Origin: a virus
Taxonomy: Duplodnaviria; Caudoviricetes
IMG/VR virus record: IMGVR_UViG_3300031949_000062
Span: 1 to 48,101 of that record
Strand: one strand, 5' to 3'
DNA: 48,101 nucleotides
This document shows positions 43,500-48,101 of the stretch, one piece after another. A program made the translations under genes and the position numbers. The stretch's first letter is position 1. Every line of letters starts with the position of its first letter. Below the pieces are notes generated by a model that was given only the letters and a program-made list of their open reading frames with translations, made no database searches and was not told where the DNA came from.

Positions 43500-44355
43500 A
43501 CTCTGAATACCAAATCATTGCTCTATTTTGAGCTTCAGACTTAGCTCGTGGTTTAAGAACAGCATCTGGCCAACAATCTTTCATAAATTGGCAGAAGGTA
43601 CAGATTTTAGGAAGTACTAAATTCCCGGTTGGTATCTTTCTAAATACCTCTTCTTCCTCCTTAAAGCCGCGTTTAAACGGCATGTTGTTGGCCAGTACCT
43701 GTTCAGTGAAATGGACATTCTCTTCAATTTCTTTTATTTGTGATTTAGTTGGAGTAGCTCGAACTACTTTAACTTCACCTGAAGATTTATCTGTAACAAT
43801 CCATCCACCCATAGGTCTATTCGAAGCTTTAGCATAACCCCATAATTGAGCTACATAACCAAACGTATCACCTGAATAGACACCTTCCCAACCATAGGCC
43901 CATTTATTAACAAAAGCCCATGGTGCAGAAGACTTTATATCCCAAACTTCACCGTCAATTTCTACATCATCTTCGCCCTTAATTTCTGTATTATTAACCA
44001 TCATAGACACCTTAGTCTTTTGATTGGTCATATTAATACCAGAAGCACGGATGATTAGAATCATAGCAGCTTCAACCGCATCACCAATAATCATTCTCAT
44101 GACGTGATTATACGGCATTCTATTTTTTGGTGCTTTGGAATTTTCTTTTTGCAACTGACAAAGAGGTTTGCCAATATTCGACATTCTAAGTCTAAATTCT
44201 TGGGCGGCTCTACCAGATTGCTTATAAAGGGCAGCTTTAAAGGCTTCTGCTGCTTCCTCTATCCATTCGTCTTTAATATCAACAGGCTCGTCATTTGAAA
44301 GCCTATCGAGAGTCATATGTATAGCTGTTTCTAAAGAGTCAAATTTTGAAATCAT
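43480..44355 (-). CDS. Cas4-like PD-(D/E)xK exonuclease
   Basis: LRMSNIGKPLCQL, GEDD..WDIKS, Y.AQL..Y and C..C...C. Confidence 0.82.
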   Translation of the reverse strand: MISKFDSLETAIHMTLDRLSNDEPVDIKDEWIEEAAEAFKAALYKQSGRAAQEFRLRMSNIGKPLCQLQKENSKAPKNRMPYNHVMRMIIGDAVEAAMILIIRASGINMTNQKTKVSMMVNNTEIKGEDDVEIDGEVWDIKSSAPWAFVNKWAYGWEGVYSGDTFGYVAQLWGYAKASNRPMGGWIVTDKSSGEVKVVRATPTKSQIKEIEENVHFTEQVLANNMPFKRGFKEEEEVFRKIPTGNLVLPKICTFCQFMKDCWPDAVLKPRAKSEAQNRAMIWYSEYDETNG

Positions 44356-44406
44356 TAAATAATAAAACTAACCTTTCTAAGTTTAAATGCCTTTATTAAT
44401 TAAACT

Positions 44407-45282
44407 TTAGAAAGGACTATCATCTTCCATATCAGTTGATAATGGTGTTACATCTACTGCATTAGCCGCAGCAACATCTGACGACAATTCATTACGTGCT
44501 TCTACAGCCGCATAATACTTTTTATCTATTTCAAGATTAGTTTCATTAATACGAACTTGAAGAGCCTTAACGGTTTCAAAAAGTTCCGAAGTAAATTGAA
44601 GCTTTTCAGCAAAGTCAGCTTCAAAATGCACTACATAATAAGTAGCAGCACTCTTTGGGTCTTGCTTATGTTTTGTTACACCAAGTTTTAAATCAAAGTC
44701 CCAAATCAAAGTTCCTTTAGGCATTAGCTTAATATACTCTTCTTGAAATGGAGAGAAATTACTTCCCTTACCACGATAAGAACAAAGCACGTTTTCTACT
44801 TTAACTAGTTTACCATCAAAGTCTACACCATCATAAGATACTAATCCATCAACACTACGATAAAGTGTTACATCCTCAAATTGCTTTTTAAGGACAGGAT
44901 TGTCTTTTAAGGTTTTTGATTGAGGCTTTCCACAGCGTACGGTTCCACTTTCGTCTCTAGCTTCTTCACTAAAACTGGTGAAGAACACACTACGATTAGT
45001 AACCTTTTTTTCAACATCATTGTATTTAATATATTGAAAGTTGTGCAGAAGAGGACGAAATACTACATTTTTTGCAAATGATTGTACTTCTTGCCCTGAA
45101 AGAGTAAATAAGCCGGGCTTTGCTTCTTTTTTAACACCATTAACATCAATTTCATCTAAATAATTAATCTTTAGTTGTGGTAGAAAATCACCACCACCTT
45201 GTAAATCTTCTGATGAAACTCTTGTTCTAGCTATAAAGTCATTTAATTCGTCTTGATTAATTATTGATAATTCTGTGCTCAT
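44407..45282 (-). CDS. Single-stranded DNA-binding protein (putative)
   Basis: Between polymerase and exonuclease; acidic tail ending DDSPF. Confidence 0.7.
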   Translation of the reverse strand: MSTELSIINQDELNDFIARTRVSSEDLQGGGDFLPQLKINYLDEIDVNGVKKEAKPGLFTLSGQEVQSFAKNVVFRPLLHNFQYIKYNDVEKKVTNRSVFFTSFSEEARDESGTVRCGKPQSKTLKDNPVLKKQFEDVTLYRSVDGLVSYDGVDFDGKLVKVENVLCSYRGKGSNFSPFQEEYIKLMPKGTLIWDFDLKLGVTKHKQDPKSAATYYVVHFEADFAEKLQFTSELFETVKALQVRINETNLEIDKKYYAAVEARNELSSDVAAANAVDVTPLSTDMEDDSPF

Positions 45283-45332
45283 TATTTAGTTATTGTTTCC
45301 CTTTTATTATTAATAAATTTGTCTATAAAAAT

Positions 45333-45508
45333 TCCGCGTTTAAACGAACCCCTCTAATGTCGGCCATACTTTTGTTCTAGGAAATCTACTGACAGCTTAC
45401 GAGCAAAAAGTATTTTTTGGATATTTCTTTCCTTTAACTTTATGCTAGGTATCTGGGTTTCGTTTCTAGCCACAATTTCGGCTAGTGGCAAGTCCGTCTA
45501 AACGCGGA
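45333..45508 (-). ncRNA. Candidate ~176-nt structured RNA upstream of SSB
   Basis: 17-bp closing stem with G-U pairs only on the minus strand; two internal hairpins. Confidence 0.55.
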
Positions 45509-45514
45509 GAGTGT

Positions 45515-45542
45515 ATAATACACCCTTTGGTAGAAAAATCAA
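45515..45542 (-). promoter_or_regulatory. Putative promoter for the ncRNA/SSB unit
   Basis: TTGATT-16 bp-TATTAT, ~7 nt before the stem start. Confidence 0.5.
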
Positions 45543-45654
45543 CCTAAAAGAGGCGGTTTGATAGGATAAATTATCACCACCCATTCTGTGCTACCTTGGC
45601 CTTTAGGTTCTTTGCACTTTCTGCAAAAAAGTTCCTGCTCAAGGTTCGGGCCGT

Positions 45655-47835
45655 TCATATATGTACTTCTTGCATATTCATCCAATCTAAACCTTGACTT
45701 GTTTCTGACTTCAATGGAAGAATCATTTCATAATTCCAACGTTCTTTAATTTCTATTGGACATTCTTCTGTAGCCCATTTTAACACATCAGCTACTATAG
45801 CTTTTTCACTAGGATGAGTGTCAGCCACAATACTATCATGGACAGTGAGGATAAGAACAGACTGTAGATTAAGTTCTCTGAACTTTCGTAGAGCCCTAAT
45901 ACAAGCCAAAGGAACAATATCACCTGTAGCAAAACCTTGGACTGGATAGTTAACAATGTTTGTCGCATTAGTAGTTCTCCCACTTCTTAATCGTCTAGTA
46001 TCTGGAAACATATATTCTCTACCAGATGGCGTCCTAATTTTACCATCTTTTAAGACAGCATCCATTTGTTCCTGTTGCCATTCACCATGCCTTACATAAA
46101 TATTAAAGAATTCTTTAAAATATTTCTTAATATGCTCAGGTTCATTCGCCCCTTGACCACCATAAAGTGGAGCAAAAGTATATGGCTTTACTTCATTGCG
46201 GATATGTTTATGATCACTGTCTTTCCAATTTATAGTCGGATCAGGTTCTTGTTTAACAATAGCAGCAGTTTGTCCATGAATATCTTTACCACCTAAAATA
46301 TCAGCAATGATTTGAGGATCACGCGATAATTCACCAGCAACAACAAATTCAAGACCACTAAAGTCACATTCAGTAATTACACCATTTTTAAATCGACTTA
46401 TAACACATGATCTAATTGGGAATTTCTTTTCTTTAGGTTGATTTTGAAAATTAGGATGACTTGACGACAATCTTCCAGTACGTGCTACAGTTTGATTAAA
46501 CCAGGCATGTAACAAGCCATCAGCCCGTACCCAGCGTTTAATTCCACCAACAAAAGAATTAAGATAGGTGTTAACCGCGTTTAAACGCTTCTTCTTTTTC
46601 AGGAATAGAATTGCCTGTTCTTTGCCTTGCTGCTCAGCTTGAGCTATAAGACGGTCTATCTGTTCCTTAGCAACAGCAAACCCGTGTACTGAGGCATCCT
46701 GAGGCCCTTCAGGCACTAATCTGAGGCCAGCAACCGCTGGAGTTTCCGTTAAAGTAAACCCAAGCCCATTACAAATATGGCATTCAGTCTCTTTTTTCCA
46801 AGGACTGCCATCATTTTTTATTTTTCGTATTTTTCCTTTACCATGACACGTAGTGCAATGATGCGCTGTTGTTTTTTTAACTATTTTTGTAGTTGTCCGC
46901 ACAGCTTGAGCAAATTGGCCCTCAGTCATATAAGGAGGATACTGAGGTTTCCCGTTTATTTTACCTAGTTTAAATACTTCTTTATGAAGTTCACGATTAA
47001 CAACTACACGACTATAGACAATTTTTGAAATATCTAATGGACTAGTTAAACTAAATGGAGTATCACCCATTACACTACTAGCAATACTAGTAAGATCGTT
47101 TTCTAATTGGGCTAATTCATTTTTATATTCTTCTTCAAGCTTATCTAGTATATCCACATCAATCATAATACCGTTCTTCTCAATTTCCACTAAGAACAGG
47201 AGCATTTCATTCATTAATTCTACAACAGTAAATAAAGATTGATTTTCCTCCCGCTTCCAATCTTTTTGTTGTTCTAAGAAAATTTCAGAAGTTGATAATA
47301 CATCAGCATCAGCATATTCCATGACAATTGGCAGCGGCATAGCTTCAAAGCCAATACCCTGCTTAAACATATCCTCAACTAATTCGGATTTTTTATGGGT
47401 TACATTGCGGCGAATTGCTGTAGTTTCTAGACTTAAAGAGGTTCTAACGCCTCTTGCTAGAATATACTCACCAACCATAGTATCATAAACTTTAAGATCA
47501 GATTTAAACTTAAAACCTGCTTCCATAAGCCACATAAGATCATATTTTAAATTATGACCAACGATTAAATCAGCCAAATTAATAGTATCTTGTAAGCTAT
47601 AAGGACTATCGGACACTAATTTATTGTTGTTATCAACATAATCATTATGATAAAAAATACTACTATTATTACATCCAATAACTCCATTCTGAATTTTTCT
47701 CCAATTAACAGAGACTAATTTATTCTTTGGATTATACGGACTATTGTCTATTACCTTTGTTATTTTACCTGTTTCTTCGTCTTCTTCTTCAACGAATTGA
47801 ACAGTAGTTTCTACATCAAGAACTAATATATTCAT
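45655..47835 (-). CDS. polA: DNA polymerase family A with 3'-5' exonuclease and CxxCxGxG zinc-finger insertion
   Basis: DVET, HNLKYD, TGRLSS..PNFQN, DFSGLE, K..TF..LYG, NYPVQG and VHDS. Confidence 0.93.
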   Translation of the reverse strand: MNILVLDVETTVQFVEEEDEETGKITKVIDNSPYNPKNKLVSVNWRKIQNGVIGCNNSSIFYHNDYVDNNNKLVSDSPYSLQDTINLADLIVGHNLKYDLMWLMEAGFKFKSDLKVYDTMVGEYILARGVRTSLSLETTAIRRNVTHKKSELVEDMFKQGIGFEAMPLPIVMEYADADVLSTSEIFLEQQKDWKREENQSLFTVVELMNEMLLFLVEIEKNGIMIDVDILDKLEEEYKNELAQLENDLTSIASSVMGDTPFSLTSPLDISKIVYSRVVVNRELHKEVFKLGKINGKPQYPPYMTEGQFAQAVRTTTKIVKKTTAHHCTTCHGKGKIRKIKNDGSPWKKETECHICNGLGFTLTETPAVAGLRLVPEGPQDASVHGFAVAKEQIDRLIAQAEQQGKEQAILFLKKKKRLNAVNTYLNSFVGGIKRWVRADGLLHAWFNQTVARTGRLSSSHPNFQNQPKEKKFPIRSCVISRFKNGVITECDFSGLEFVVAGELSRDPQIIADILGGKDIHGQTAAIVKQEPDPTINWKDSDHKHIRNEVKPYTFAPLYGGQGANEPEHIKKYFKEFFNIYVRHGEWQQEQMDAVLKDGKIRTPSGREYMFPDTRRLRSGRTTNATNIVNYPVQGFATGDIVPLACIRALRKFRELNLQSVLILTVHDSIVADTHPSEKAIVADVLKWATEECPIEIKERWNYEMILPLKSETSQGLDWMNMQEVHI

Positions 47836-47841
47836 ATTCTA

Positions 47842-48084
47842 TTATTTTAAGCCATCTAGTTCTAAGTCTAAAGCTGCAATTTCTTCTTTTAATATTCTAA
47901 TAACATCATGCTTTTGTTCACGAAGTTGTCTCTTCATAATAATTTGTGTCTCTTTAATAGCCGACAACATAGCTGGTAAACTAACCGCCATTTGGCTAAC
48001 TTCTTCAAATGTTAAACTAAAAACTATTTGACTTTGTTTCCCTTTATCGATAAAGTTTAACACACCATTTGCATTAACCAGCAT
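47842..48084 (-). CDS. Hypothetical protein
   Basis: 80 aa upstream of the polymerase. Confidence 0.6.
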   Translation of the reverse strand: MLVNANGVLNFIDKGKQSQIVFSLTFEEVSQMAVSLPAMLSAIKETQIIMKRQLREQKHDVIRILKEEIAALDLELDGLK

Positions 48085-48101
48085 TGAAAGCTTTTGGCTA
48101 A

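Noticed and set aside
3685-46968. Numerous short antisense or alternate-frame ORFs inside long genes (e.g. 3685-4032, 16408-16611, 18228-18440, 29048-29551, 30188-30493, 42518-42775)
   Set aside because: Shadow ORFs of well-supported genes, with no RBS or motif support
39325-47835. Introns or inteins in nrdJ or polA
   Set aside because: Both ORFs are continuous and of compact length, with no intein motifs

Overview
AT-rich dsDNA tailed-phage genome segment, podovirus-like. Its family A DNA polymerase, class II NrdJ and head-tail gene order resemble SIO1/cobavirus-type phages, and the host is plausibly alphaproteobacterial (inference). The + strand (1-36.2 kb) carries a probable small terminase, a ~7.6 kb RNA island, then large terminase, portal, scaffold, major capsid, tail, internal/ejection proteins and a lysis module. 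The - strand (36.2-48.1 kb) carries replication and nucleotide-metabolism genes. The RNA island is the most notable part. It holds 25 CCA-ending tRNA/tRNA-like genes covering all 20 amino acids, several with non-canonical folds, and a Ro60/TROVE (Rsr) gene. It also holds four paralogous Y-RNA-like elements that share one scaffold (stem-TGGCG...RGTTACTTCT-[variable domain]-...TRTTCC-stem) but carry different apical domains, only one being the classic permuted tRNA mimic. Several further unassigned structured RNAs flank Ro60. Other highlights are an Acb2/Tad1-like protein inside the head operon, a recurrent GFM motif in internal virion proteins, and two promoter-driven structured ncRNA candidates on the - strand. 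All calls are by eye; no database searches or folding programs were run.
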